Source of the DNA: Takakia lepidozioides
Lineage: Eukaryota > Plantae > Bryophyta
Assembly (NCBI GenBank): GCA_030704615.1
Contig: CM060734.1
Coordinates: 10,540,001-10,604,000, forward strand
DNA length: 64,000 nucleotides
Reading direction: 5' to 3'
Positions 63,293 to 64,000 of this stretch are shown here, in pieces. The position numbers and the translations under genes are program-made. How positions within the stretch are numbered: position 1 is the first letter of the stretch; each line of letters starts with the position of its first letter. The notes beneath the pieces are model-generated. The model was not told where the DNA came from. It searched no databases and worked only from the letters and a program-made list of their open reading frames with translations.

Positions 63293-63616
63293 CTTTCCTA
63301 GGACAATGATTGGATATATCAATACATGAAGCTCGATGGGGGATTGCAAAATAACAAACTGGGATTTGCTGGAACAATGAGTGGCCCTTCATGTGGGATA
63401 TTTGGAACTCCTACACGATAATATATTATATAATAAGGGGGGACAACCAGATGCAGCAGCCCTGGTAATGGGCACGTACCACGTTTGGATGGGGTTGTGT
63501 TGGTTCAACCCCAGGTCTCGGTCGATCGTCAGGAATGTGTCCATCTTTCTAGCTGGAATGGCGTAGCCCTTGTGGTGAAGAGACAATAAATCTTCACGCT
63601 CCCTTCGGGAGACGTC

Positions 63617-63642
63617 TATATATATATATATATATATATATA
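63617..63642. repeat. (TA)13 microsatellite
   Basis: Direct reading. Confidence 0.95.
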
Positions 63643-64000
63643 ACAGGAGACAGAGGCCCTGAGAACTTTATTTGGAATTATTGTGGGGAAAAAAATAAAA
63701 CCCCTGATTACACCATGGAGGCACACACACCGATGACAGTGAAAGCAGAACGTGTCCTATAAGGCTCATAAGGCCCAACGACGCCCGAAGCCGAACTTAA
63801 GCAATGTGAAGCTACGAGAAGAGCAAAAATGAGGAGCAAGAGGGGCCTATACTCCCGAGGGAATTAGAGAAAGCGCATGGAGACTTAGGAGTAGAGAGAG
63901 CAAGGAGAAGTAACTATTGAGAGAGCATAAAACAGTAAACCCTAAGTGAGTAGTGCAGCAAACTGTCTAGCGAAAGTGGAGCTTGGACGACATTATTGTG

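Overview
Eukaryotic, TE-dense plant DNA. An early-diverging land plant such as a moss is likely, but that is inference. The window is almost entirely a nest of transposons whose borders can be read from LTRs, PBS/PPT and target-site duplications (TSDs). Nest 1: a truncated Ty1/copia (1139-3985) is fused to a degenerate non-chromovirus Ty3/gypsy with a large extra ORF (3986-32093, 3' end inverted). A chromovirus (11753-29521) inserted into that gypsy, and an 11.3-kb Mutator-like DNA transposon 'MULE-A' (12748-24062, 9-bp TSD) inserted into the chromovirus. A second MULE-A copy (32782-44288) follows. Nest 2: a related family 'MULE-B' (45092-49349) is interrupted by a second copy of the extra-ORF gypsy, which itself carries an internally deleted MULE-B (53111-56251, 9-bp TSD). 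The last 7 kb hold two long foldbacks and simple repeats. Main candidate novel system: MULE-A encodes a GCM-like/DDE/SWIM transposase and, divergently, a spliced gene of about 10 exons. That gene fuses a ParB/Sulfiredoxin-like domain (VWDGNHRLLAW) to a beta-class N6A/N4C DNA-methyltransferase fold. Two of its introns carry regularly spaced 22-bp palindromes (TGAATGTCGTTRACGACATTCA) that could be its cognate sites. Domain calls are by-eye motif recognition, not database results.
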